Source: Ruminococcus albus 7 = DSM 20455 (GTDB lineage Bacteria > Bacillota > Clostridia > Oscillospirales > Ruminococcaceae). Taken from it: DNA of 32,000 nucleotides. The position numbers and the translations under genes are program-made. Numbering within the stretch: position 1 is the stretch's first letter; every line of letters begins with the position of its first letter. Below the pieces are notes generated by a model, which saw only the letters and a list, made by a program, of their open reading frames with translations, was not told the DNA's origin and ran no database searches. The stretch spans positions 1,500,001 through 1,532,000 of the forward strand of contig NC_014833.1 in the NCBI RefSeq assembly GCF_000179635.2, written 5' to 3'. Of this stretch, positions 15,681 to 23,152 are shown in pieces.

Positions 15681-17123
15681 ATGAACGAATACAAGGTATA
15701 TTCGGTCCACATGGGAAAGGCTAAATGTGCTTTGGATCTGGGTGACGGTTCGGAGAGAGGAGAGTATGTAGATCAGGATTACATACTTCACAAGCTGGGC
15801 AGACCTCACAGGAGCATAAGCCTGATGTACTGCTATTATCCGCTGGACAAGGAGTTTCCCGGCAGGATATCGGAAGTGATGAAGGATGCGGAAGTCAAGT
15901 TCCAGTGGGACTACCCTTATGATGATTACTTCACCTACAAGGGCGGACTTGAGGGCAACAGGGAGGGTGAACCTTTCACCTGCATGAGGGATATAAGGCG
16001 ACACGGTCAGGACGTTACTCTCACACTGACTGCCGATCCTAATATATCCGATGAACAGATAAGGGCTATCGCTGAGGATCTGAAGACCTTCGGAAGAGTG
16101 TTCCTGAGAGTGAATCACGAGAATACGGGCAACTGGTTCAGCTTTACAAAAAGGACTACCTATCAGGGCGTTGCGGATTTTTACTGCAAGTTCGTGAAGA
16201 TAGTACATGAGATAGCGCCAAATGTACTGATGGTGCTTTGCACAGGCGGTATCGAGGATCCGAAAGCGGAAGAGATAGTCATGGAAAAGGAGTTCGCACA
16301 GTCTGTAAAGGATACGGATATATGGTCGGTGGACAAGTACATGGCACTGCACTGGGGCTGGCCTTTTGATGTGGCGCTGAAAGATCAGAAAGTCAAGAGC
16401 TACAAGCGCGACAAGGTAGCACTGACCTACGATATGACCAAGAGGAGCTATGAGCGCTTCAAGGTGATAAACGGCGGTGTCAGCAAGCCCATGGTAATGA
16501 GCGAGTTCAACGCTGACGGCGATGTTACGGGAGCTTACGATCAGGCGGTCATGGTAAAGGGCTTCTGCGATATGCTGAAAGAAGATCCCGATGAATGGTT
16601 CAGCGGATTTACTTTCTATCAGTTCCGTGACAGAGGCAGACTGGGTCTGGAGATAGAAGACCCCAACAATCAGAATGTGGGTATCGAACAGCCTGTGATG
16701 AAGACCTACAGGGAGATATTACATGATGATTTCTTCAAGCCCGAGATGAAGAGGGGCGGAGAGGTAAGTTTTCCTGCGAAGCTCAGATGGGGAAATTCCG
16801 AGGACGCTGAAGGTCTGGAGATACCGATACACTTTGAGGGCGACCCACATTTCTGTGAGCTGACCTTTGAGGATGAGAGCAATCTGATGATCGAGATAAA
16901 CGGAAAGTGGTTCTACAAATCACCGAAAGCGAAGGTCATAGATCTGATGAGCGCATTCTACGATAACAGACTTGAGGGTGAGGCTGACCTGACACTGAGG
17001 ATATTCGCCCCCCCTGCAAGCGGTGAAAATGATCTCGGTGCGGAGGACGGAATGTTCAACAGCTATCAGACCATTGAGAAGCTGCCTAAGATAAGGATAG
17101 AGTATGAGCCTGTGGTGCTCTGA
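15681..17123 (+). CDS. Cytoplasmic clan GH-A (GH26-like) TIM-barrel glycoside-hydrolase-like protein
   Basis: Start moved to the ATG at 15681 behind GGAGG. RVNHENTGNWFSF resembles the GH26 HEMNGxWFWWG acid/base motif. VMSEFN is a possible nucleophile strand. No signal peptide. Confidence 0.45.
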   Translation: MNEYKVYSVHMGKAKCALDLGDGSERGEYVDQDYILHKLGRPHRSISLMYCYYPLDKEFPGRISEVMKDAEVKFQWDYPYDDYFTYKGGLEGNREGEPFTCMRDIRRHGQDVTLTLTADPNISDEQIRAIAEDLKTFGRVFLRVNHENTGNWFSFTKRTTYQGVADFYCKFVKIVHEIAPNVLMVLCTGGIEDPKAEEIVMEKEFAQSVKDTDIWSVDKYMALHWGWPFDVALKDQKVKSYKRDKVALTYDMTKRSYERFKVINGGVSKPMVMSEFNADGDVTGAYDQAVMVKGFCDMLKEDPDEWFSGFTFYQFRDRGRLGLEIEDPNNQNVGIEQPVMKTYREILHDDFFKPEMKRGGEVSFPAKLRWGNSEDAEGLEIPIHFEGDPHFCELTFEDESNLMIEINGKWFYKSPKAKVIDLMSAFYDNRLEGEADLTLRIFAPPASGENDLGAEDGMFNSYQTIEKLPKIRIEYEPVVL

Positions 17124-17131
17124 TAAATGAT

Positions 17132-17175
17132 AGACCAAGGGGGCTGTTGTGAAGCAGCCCCCTTGGTCTGTTTAT
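17132..17175. terminator. Bidirectional terminator between convergent genes
   Basis: Perfect 15-bp stem agaccaagggggctg/cagcccccttggtct. The flank is T-rich on the plus strand. Confidence 0.8.
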
Positions 17176-17190
17176 ATGGTGTTATGTATA

Positions 17191-17970
17191 TCACCCCAGT
17201 GCAACGTCAAGCGACATCATAAGGGTGAAGCCTGCTGAGAACATCAGTACGCCTATGTTTGAATGTTCGCCTTCGGACATTTCGGGAATGAGTTCTTCTA
17301 CTACCACATACATCATGGCACCTGCTGCAAAGCTGAGCAGATAGGGCATCAGCGGAAGTATAAGTCCTGCAGATAGTATGGTCAGGACAGCGCCTGCAGG
17401 TTCTACCGCACCCGAAAGCACACCCAGTACGAAAGCCTTGCCGCGTGATTTGCCCTCGGCATGGAGGGGCATGGAGATTATGGCACCTTCGGGGAAATTC
17501 TGTATGGCGATACCCAGCGCGAGCGCCAGTGCGCCGCCTGCTGTCATTTCGGCTGTGCCAGACATAAGACCTGCGTAGACTATACCAACTGCCATGCCCT
17601 CGGGGATGTTGTGGAGAGTCACCGCCAGTACCATCATAGTTGTACGTGCCAGATGCGAAGGCAGACCCTCTGCCTTGTCGGCATTCATGTGCAGATGAGG
17701 TATCACGCAGTCAAGCAGCAGCAGGAAAAGCACTCCTGCCCAGAAGCCTGCAGCGGCAGGTACAAAGGACAGTTTGCCTTTATCAGAAGACATATCCATA
17801 GCGGGTATTATAAGGCTCCATATCGAGGCGGCGGTCATAACTCCTGCCGCAAATCCTGTAAGAGCGCGGCTGACATTTCTGCTGAGCTGCTTTTTCATGA
17901 AGAATACTCCCCCCGAGCCGAGGGCAGTACCCATAAACGGCAGCAGCAGACCGATAGTAACATCCTTCAT
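17191..17970 (-). CDS. ZIP-family divalent metal transporter (ZupT-like)
   Basis: Start trimmed to MKDVTIG (ATG at 17970). Signature HNIPEGMAVG and IAIQNFPEGAIIS. Eight-TM profile. Confidence 0.85.
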   Translation of the reverse strand: MKDVTIGLLLPFMGTALGSGGVFFMKKQLSRNVSRALTGFAAGVMTAASIWSLIIPAMDMSSDKGKLSFVPAAAGFWAGVLFLLLLDCVIPHLHMNADKAEGLPSHLARTTMMVLAVTLHNIPEGMAVGIVYAGLMSGTAEMTAGGALALALGIAIQNFPEGAIISMPLHAEGKSRGKAFVLGVLSGAVEPAGAVLTILSAGLILPLMPYLLSFAAGAMMYVVVEELIPEMSEGEHSNIGVLMFSAGFTLMMSLDVALG

Positions 17971-18038
17971 AATATCACCCGTCCTTATATTGTATATTAT
18001 GGTTATACGACTGACATACCAAATCAAATAGTGTTGTA

Positions 18039-18296
18039 TCACTTGTGGAGTCTGCCGAATATTCCTTTTTTGACGTATGGGACACATACGAAGCCTGTTG
18101 CGCTGTATCCGCTGTCTGCAAGGGCGGAAGTTATATCATCAAGAGTAATGGGGTCTTCGCTTATGATAACAGCTTCGCCTGCTTTATGGGATGAGGAAAC
18201 TTTATCAACGGAGAGCTTATTTCGCAAAGCATCATTGATATGGGCTTCACACATTGAGCACATCATTCCGTCTATCTTCACGGTAGTCTTATACAT
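18039..18296 (-). CDS. Heavy-metal-associated (HMA) domain protein, CopZ-like fold
   Basis: GMMCSMCE metal-binding loop at residues 10-17. GGAGG RBS overlaps the end of the upstream regulator gene. Confidence 0.8.
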   Translation of the reverse strand: MYKTTVKIDGMMCSMCEAHINDALRNKLSVDKVSSSHKAGEAVIISEDPITLDDITSALADSGYSATGFVCVPYVKKGIFGRLHK

Positions 18297-18310
18297 ACCG
18301 CCACCTCCTG

Positions 18311-18679
18311 CTATTTTTGTGAAAGTGCATAGCTTACGATCTGTTCTACGGTCTCTTCATCTGCACAGGAAGCTATCAGCATACTTATCTCGCCTGCCTT
18401 TTCGGCTGTGAGCCCGATCTTTGATACGAGATGTTCCTGAATGATGACACAGGGTGTAAAAAGACCGTTTGCTTCGGATACTCCTTTCTGGGTAAGGGTT
18501 ATCTGTCTGTAGGGCTCTTTTATTATAAGTTCTTCTGCGATGAGCTTTTTGCACATTTTAACGGCGCTTGCCTTGGCAACATGGAGATAATCCGCAATAT
18601 CCGTGGTGCGTACACGTTCACCGTTCTGTCCTAAAAGATATATGGTTATAAGGTATTTTTTCTGTGGTTCTGTGAGCAT
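18311..18679 (-). CDS. DtxR/MntR-family metal-dependent transcriptional regulator, short form (122 aa, no SH3-like domain)
   Basis: The winged-helix region YLITIYLL...VRTTDIADYLHVAKASAVKMCKKL...ITLTQKG aligns with the DtxR N-terminus, followed by a short helical domain. First gene of a regulator-HMA-ZIP operon. Confidence 0.78.
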   Translation of the reverse strand: MLTEPQKKYLITIYLLGQNGERVRTTDIADYLHVAKASAVKMCKKLIAEELIIKEPYRQITLTQKGVSEANGLFTPCVIIQEHLVSKIGLTAEKAGEISMLIASCADEETVEQIVSYALSQK

Positions 18680-18717
18680 ATATACTTCTCCTTCGGGGAT
18701 TCATTATCGACGGATAT

Positions 18718-18746
18718 ATCATATCACCCTTAAAAAAAGATGTCAA
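18718..18746 (-). promoter_or_regulatory. SigA-type promoter (TTGACA-17-TATGAT) of the regulator-HMA-ZIP operon
   Basis: The minus strand reads TTGACAtctttttttaagggtgaTATGAT. Confidence 0.55.
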
Positions 18747-18763
18747 CGTTTTTGAAAGAGGTA

Positions 18764-18779
18764 GTTAGTAAAATCTAAC
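18764..18779. promoter_or_regulatory. Perfect GTTAG-N6-CTAAC palindrome (candidate operator), 17 nt upstream of the -35 of the regulator operon
   Basis: tAGTTAGtaaaatCTAACTa. The arms extend to 7 bp. Confidence 0.5.
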
Positions 18780-18857
18780 TATTGCACAAAATCAATGGTT
18801 AGTTTAAACAAACGCTTTGTCATTCCTACGAAAATCATGATAATGCGAATAATATCC

Positions 18858-18886
18858 TTGACTTTGGGTAAGATAGAGGGTATAAT
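18858..18886 (+). promoter_or_regulatory. SigA-type promoter (TTGACT-17-TATAAT) of the DUF3793-flavodoxin operon
   Basis: TTGACTttgggtaagatagagggTATAAT. Confidence 0.6.
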
Positions 18887-18897
18887 AAATGCAACAG

Positions 18898-18918
18898 GTT
18901 AGGTTAAGCTAACCTAAC
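18898..18918. promoter_or_regulatory. Near-consensus DtxR/IdeR-type iron box (9-3-9 perfect dyad containing two overlapping GTTAR-N6-CTAAC units)
   Basis: GTTAGGTTA-AGC-TAACCTAAC. The inner 19 nt TTAGGTTAAGCTAACCTAA match the remembered consensus TTAGGTTAG(G/C)CTAACCTAA at 18 of 19 positions. It starts 11 nt after the -10 hexamer. Confidence 0.7.
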
Positions 18919-18937
18919 GCAAGGGAAGGAGAACAAG

Positions 18938-19519
18938 ATGTCTGCTAAGGAAAGAAGAAAAATAGAGAGCCTTATGGCGTTCCATGCAGCGCCTACACTT
19001 ATGGGTATCAAGTGCGGAAGTCTGCCTGCGTTCAATGCTAAAGAATACGACCTTCATGAGGTTGAACGTCTTTTTGCGGACGGATATTTCGGCAGCAGGA
19101 TAAATGCCAGATCGGTCACAAGATCATCGGGACGTATGCTTGTATACGTGTACGATAAGGTACTGCTGGAGAAGACACTTTCCGACAGGGATATAAGAGA
19201 TTTTCTGGCGGGATGCGGTTATGCTGATTCGTGGGATACCGTACAGTGCATCGACAGGCTTTGCAGCAGGCTTGGTGAGAAGGATTTCCCGCATGAGATA
19301 GGTATATTCCTCGGATATCCCCTGGAGGATGTCAAGGGCTTCATCGCTAACTGCGGACAAGGCTGCAAGCTTTGCGGAACATGGAAGGTATACGGCGATG
19401 TTGAAAAAGCCAAGGAGATGTTTGAACGCTTCGAGAATTGCAGGCTTCACCTTTGCAGAGAACTGAGAAATGGAAAAAAGCTGCGTAACTGCGCAGCTGA
19501 TGTCACTGCGGTGGCATAG
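18938..19519 (+). CDS. DUF3793 family protein
   Basis: Conserved core FPHEIGIFLGYPLEDVKGFI...CKLCGTWKVYGD, as in DUF3793 proteins. AAGGAG RBS. Flavodoxin follows 19 nt downstream. Confidence 0.72.
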   Translation: MSAKERRKIESLMAFHAAPTLMGIKCGSLPAFNAKEYDLHEVERLFADGYFGSRINARSVTRSSGRMLVYVYDKVLLEKTLSDRDIRDFLAGCGYADSWDTVQCIDRLCSRLGEKDFPHEIGIFLGYPLEDVKGFIANCGQGCKLCGTWKVYGDVEKAKEMFERFENCRLHLCRELRNGKKLRNCAADVTAVA

Positions 19520-19538
19520 ATCAAGGAGGTACTATACA

Positions 19539-19943
19539 ATGAAAACAGCAGTAATTTATTGGTCCGGAACAGGTAATACAGAGGCTATGGCAAATGCCGT
19601 TGCTGAGGGCGCAGGAGTATCCGCAGTGCAGGTATCTGCATTTGACGGTGATGTTTCTGAGTATGATGCACTTGCACTGGGCTGCCCTGCTATGGGTGCA
19701 GAAGAACTGGAGGATACTGAGTTCGAGCCTTTCTTCGCAGGTATCGAGGGTAAGATTAGCGGCAAGAAGCTTGCTTTGTTTGGTTCCTATGACTGGGGCG
19801 ACGGCGAATGGATGCGTCTGTGGGCGGACAGAGTAAAGGCTGCAGGTGCGGAGATCGTAGACGGCGAGGGTCTTATCTGCAACAATACCCCTGATGAGGA
19901 TGCACTTGCAAAGTGCCGCGAGCTGGGCAAAAAGCTTGCTTAA
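19539..19943 (+). CDS. fldA: Short-chain flavodoxin
   Basis: Start trimmed to MKTAVIYWSGTGNTEAMA (FMN phosphate loop T/S-x-T-G-x-T) behind AAGGAGG. 134 aa. GSYDWGDGEWM isoalloxazine loop. Confidence 0.9.
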   Translation: MKTAVIYWSGTGNTEAMANAVAEGAGVSAVQVSAFDGDVSEYDALALGCPAMGAEELEDTEFEPFFAGIEGKISGKKLALFGSYDWGDGEWMRLWADRVKAAGAEIVDGEGLICNNTPDEDALAKCRELGKKLA

Positions 19944-19981
19944 AGCATACACTCAAACCTTTTTATAGATACTGATGTGAG

Positions 19982-20013
19982 GGCTGCCGTGATATTGCGG
20001 CAGCCTTTGCAGT
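19982..20013 (+). terminator. Terminator of the flavodoxin operon
   Basis: Stem ggctgccg/cggcagcc followed by tttgcagttt. Confidence 0.7.
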
Positions 20014-20104
20014 TTGATATACTGTGTTATACCGCACAATGTCCGGAATGCGGCAGGGTATGACGGCGGTATATCTAAATTATATAGATTGACAAAAAGC
20101 AAAG

Positions 20105-20120
20105 GTTATACTCGGCTAAC
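20105..20120. promoter_or_regulatory. One-mismatch copy of the GTTAG-N6-CTAAC palindrome upstream of the feo promoter
   Basis: GTTATactcggCTAAC. Confidence 0.25.
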
Positions 20121-20155
20121 TTCTTTGTTATTCCGACAAAATCTGTTTATAAGTA

Positions 20156-20184
20156 TTGACATTGAGTTGCCGAAGATGTATCAT
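20156..20184 (+). promoter_or_regulatory. SigA-type promoter (TTGACA-17-TATCAT) of the feo operon
   Basis: TTGACAttgagttgccgaagatgTATCAT. Confidence 0.55.
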
Positions 20185-20194
20185 ATTATATGGA

Positions 20195-20210
20195 GTTAGC
20201 GACTCCTAAC
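20195..20210. promoter_or_regulatory. Perfect GTTAG-N6-CTAAC palindrome 10 nt after the feo -10 hexamer (candidate operator)
   Basis: GTTAGcgactcCTAAC. Confidence 0.55.
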
Positions 20211-20228
20211 AAAAATGGGGAGGTAAAG

Positions 20229-20441
20229 ATGATGCCATTATTATCTGCGAATGCAGGCGAAAGTTACACTATTTCACGCATAGGCGGTACTGCCGAAGTG
20301 CGCAGGCACCTTGAAGATCTGGGATTTGCTGTGGGAGGAAAAGTAACGGTCATCTCTGTGATGAGCGGAAATCTCATAGTGAACGTCAAGGAAACAAGGG
20401 TGGCAGTCAGCCGCGAACTGGCAATGAAGATCATGGTGTAA
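20229..20441 (+). CDS. feoA: FeoA-domain protein (first of two)
   Basis: Start trimmed to MMPLLSANAGESYTISRIGG behind GGGGAGG. SH3-like FeoA pattern (RRHLEDLGFAVGGKVTV). Confidence 0.85.
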   Translation: MMPLLSANAGESYTISRIGGTAEVRRHLEDLGFAVGGKVTVISVMSGNLIVNVKETRVAVSRELAMKIMV

Positions 20442-20454
20442 GGAGGAAGAGAAA

Positions 20455-20673
20455 ATGACGCTGAAAGAAGCAAAGATCGGTGATACCGTTACCGTTAAAA
20501 AGCTGACGGGTGAGGGCGCTGTAAAGCGCAGGATAATGGACATGGGTCTTACTAAGGGCGCTTCTGTGACGGTGCGCAAGGTAGCACCTCTGGGTGATCC
20601 CATAGAAGTCACGGTACGCGGTTATGAGCTTTCTATCCGCAAGGCAGATGCCGAAATGATAGAAGTGCTCTGA
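20455..20673 (+). CDS. feoA: FeoA-domain protein (second of two)
   Basis: LKEAKIGDTVTVKKL...KRRIMDMGLTKGASVTV is a typical FeoA pattern. AGGAGG RBS. Confidence 0.85.
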   Translation: MTLKEAKIGDTVTVKKLTGEGAVKRRIMDMGLTKGASVTVRKVAPLGDPIEVTVRGYELSIRKADAEMIEVL

Positions 20674-20688
20674 TTTTTTTGTATATAA

Positions 20689-20704
20689 GTTAGCCCGAGC
20701 TAAC
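20689..20704. promoter_or_regulatory. Perfect GTTAG-N6-CTAAC palindrome in the feoA2-feoB spacer (operator or RNA hairpin)
   Basis: GTTAGCccgaGCTAAC. 6-bp arms if read as a hairpin. Confidence 0.4.
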
Positions 20705-20722
20705 ACTAATGGAGGAATAAGT

Positions 20723-23137
20723 ATGAGCATAAAAATTGCGCTGGCGGGCAATCCCAACTGCGGAAAGACCACGCTGTTCAACGCATTGACAGGCTCTAAC
20801 CAGTTTGTGGGAAACTGGCCCGGAGTTACTGTTGAGAAAAAAGAAGGAAAACTGAAAAAACACAATGATGTCATAGTTACTGACCTGCCGGGAATATATT
20901 CCCTTTCACCGTACACACTTGAAGAAGTGGTAGCGCGTAACTATCTGATAGACGAGCATCCCGACGTGATACTCAATATCATCGACGGCACTAATCTTGA
21001 GAGAAATCTTTACCTGACAACTCAGCTTACCGAGATAGGTATACCCGTGGTATGTGCTGTTAATATGATGGATATCGTAAACAAGAACGGTGATAAGATA
21101 AACCTTACAAAGCTGAGCGAGGCACTGGGCTGCAAGGTCATGGAGATATCTGCACTGAAAGGCGACGGCATATCCGCGGCGGCTGAAGCTGCTGTATCGG
21201 CTGCCGAAACAAAACACGGCGGACCTGTACACCGTTTCAATGCTGCTATCGAGCACGCTATCGCACATATCGAAGAAGCCTGCGTTCATGAACTTCCCGA
21301 GGAACAGCAGAGATGGTACGCCATAAAGCTTTTCGAGCGTGATGATAAGGTCATAGAGAAGCTGGGCATAAAGGGCGAAAAGCTGGCTCACATCAACAAG
21401 GATATCGAAAAGGTGGAAAAGGAGCTTGATGATGACAGCGAATCCCTGATAACCAACGAGAGATACAATTATATAACAAGTATCATCGGCGGATGCTACA
21501 ATAAGAAGAACAAGGGCGCACTTTCCACTTCGGACAAGATAGACAAGGTAGTTACGAACAGGTGGCTGGGTCTGCCTATATTCGCAGCGATAATGTTCGC
21601 TGTGTACTGGATAGCCATGGTAGGTGTGGGCGCACCTCTGACGGATTTCACCAATGATAATATTTTCGGTGAGGACGGATTCCATCTGTTCGGCAGGGGT
21701 ACGGCTGAGTATGAGGCTGATGCGGAGGAGTACGCAAATGCTCAGCTTATCATAGACGGTTATGACGCTTATGTTGAAGCAAACGGCACAGCCCCCGAAG
21801 GTGAATTCACTTACGAAGTTGAAGACGAGGAAACACTGGAGATCTCCGAGGAGACCGCTGCTATTGCCGACTATGAAGATGCGCTGGCAAGTGTAGAAAA
21901 GATCGGTGATGAGCCCGATCCTGCTGATTACGGTACTTACATCCCCCCGATACCTGCACTGGCTGAAAAAGCTCTTGACAAAGCAGGTGCAGCCGACTGG
22001 CTCAAGGGTCTTATCATAGACGGTATCATCGCAGGTGTTGGTGCGGTGCTGGGATTTGTTCCTCAGATGCTGGTACTCTTCCTGATGCTGGCATTCCTTG
22101 AAGCCTGCGGATATATGTCACGTATAGCATTTGTACTTGACAGGATATTCCGTAAGTTCGGTCTTTCGGGAAAATCCTTCATACCCATGCTTGTAGGTGT
22201 AGGCTGCGGCGTGCCCGGTATCATGGCGAGCCGTACTATCGAAAACGAGCGTGACAGACGTATGACCATAATGACAACGACTTTCATTCCCTGCGGCGCG
22301 AAGGTACCTTTCATCGCTATGGTAGCAGGTGCTATATTCGGCGGTGCTGCATGGGTAGCTACCTCGGCGTACTTCGTTGGTATGGCGGCTATAATCGTAT
22401 CAGGCATAATGCTGAAAAAGACAAAGATGTTCGCAGGCGACCCTGCACCCTTCGTTATGGAGCTTCCTGCATATCATCTCCCTTCCTTCAAGAACGTTCT
22501 TCGTTCCATGTGGGAGCGCGGCTGGTCTTTCATCAAGAAGGCAGGTACAGTAATACTCATCTCGCAGGTAATTGTATGGTTCACAAGCCGCTTCGGTTTT
22601 GTTGACGGCAGCTTCGGTATGCTGGAGGAAGAAGAACTCAGCTCATCTATCCTGGCAAAACTCGGCAGTGTTATAGCATGGATATTCGTGCCTCTTGGCT
22701 GGGGCAACTGGCAGGCAGCTGTGGCTTCTGTTACAGGTCTTGTGGCTAAGGAGAATATCGTCGGAACAATGGGTACACTTTACGGCGGAGGAGACAGGAC
22801 TGTATGGCAGGAACTGGCAGTACAGTTCACAAGCATCACAGGATATTCCTTCCTTGTATTCAACCTGCTGTGCGCACCCTGCTTTGCAGCTATCGGTGCT
22901 ATCAAGCGTGAGATGAACAATGCAAAGTGGACATGGTTCGCTATCGGCTATCAGTGCGGATTTGCTTATGCTGCTGCATTTATGATAAATCAGTTCGGCG
23001 GTCTGTTCACAGGAAACGGCAATATCATCGGAGTAATATTTGCAGCAGCTGTTCTCGGCTGCATGGTATATATGCTGCTCCGTCCATACAAAGAGGCTTC
23101 AAAACTCGACAGCAAGCTTGCTGCTGCAGGTTCCTGA
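20723..23137 (+). CDS. feoB: Ferrous iron transporter FeoB (804 aa, with an acidic loop insertion)
   Basis: G-domain IALAGNPNCGKTTLFNALTG, DLPGIYSL and NMMD, followed by the polytopic gate-motif region (FVPQMLVLFL, FIPCGAKVP). Confidence 0.95.
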   Translation: MSIKIALAGNPNCGKTTLFNALTGSNQFVGNWPGVTVEKKEGKLKKHNDVIVTDLPGIYSLSPYTLEEVVARNYLIDEHPDVILNIIDGTNLERNLYLTTQLTEIGIPVVCAVNMMDIVNKNGDKINLTKLSEALGCKVMEISALKGDGISAAAEAAVSAAETKHGGPVHRFNAAIEHAIAHIEEACVHELPEEQQRWYAIKLFERDDKVIEKLGIKGEKLAHINKDIEKVEKELDDDSESLITNERYNYITSIIGGCYNKKNKGALSTSDKIDKVVTNRWLGLPIFAAIMFAVYWIAMVGVGAPLTDFTNDNIFGEDGFHLFGRGTAEYEADAEEYANAQLIIDGYDAYVEANGTAPEGEFTYEVEDEETLEISEETAAIADYEDALASVEKIGDEPDPADYGTYIPPIPALAEKALDKAGAADWLKGLIIDGIIAGVGAVLGFVPQMLVLFLMLAFLEACGYMSRIAFVLDRIFRKFGLSGKSFIPMLVGVGCGVPGIMASRTIENERDRRMTIMTTTFIPCGAKVPFIAMVAGAIFGGAAWVATSAYFVGMAAIIVSGIMLKKTKMFAGDPAPFVMELPAYHLPSFKNVLRSMWERGWSFIKKAGTVILISQVIVWFTSRFGFVDGSFGMLEEEELSSSILAKLGSVIAWIFVPLGWGNWQAAVASVTGLVAKENIVGTMGTLYGGGDRTVWQELAVQFTSITGYSFLVFNLLCAPCFAAIGAIKREMNNAKWTWFAIGYQCGFAYAAAFMINQFGGLFTGNGNIIGVIFAAAVLGCMVYMLLRPYKEASKLDSKLAAAGS

Positions 23138-23152
23138 TAAGGAGGAATAATA

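Noticed and set aside
15468-16352. 294-aa minus-strand ORF
   Set aside because: It is antisense to the beta-lactamase-like and GH-A-like genes. It has no RBS and a low-complexity, His/Arg/Leu-rich sequence.
17971-18087. N-terminal extensions in the ORF track. Affected genes: ZIP (to 18087), flavodoxin (from 19470), feoA (from 20190), iorA (from 24104), paralog 2 (from 26406), paaK (from 27692), GH-A-like (from 15663), Hpt (from 7111) and lipoprotein (to 4837)
   Set aside because: In each case an internal ATG sits 6-10 nt downstream of a GGAGG-like RBS and restores the canonical family N-terminus. The extended parts have no RBS.
17461-18411. 316-aa plus-strand ORF spanning the ZIP, HMA and regulator genes
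   Set aside because: It is antisense to three genes with clear family motifs (HNIPEG, GMxCxxC, DtxR HTH). The sequence is Cys/His/Arg-rich and looks like nonsense.
18311-18679. Assigning a specific gene name (ideR, dtxR or mntR) and metal specificity to the regulator
   Set aside because: Family membership is clear, but the ligand residues could not be matched by eye. The operon partner is a broad-specificity ZIP transporter. Iron specificity is inferred only from the box locations.
20089-20112. A second TTGACA upstream of feo as a promoter
   Set aside because: The only -10-like hexamer (TATACT) is 12 nt away, which is too short a spacer.
20906-21685. 259-aa minus-strand ORF inside feoB
   Set aside because: It is antisense to the unmistakable FeoB G-domain region.
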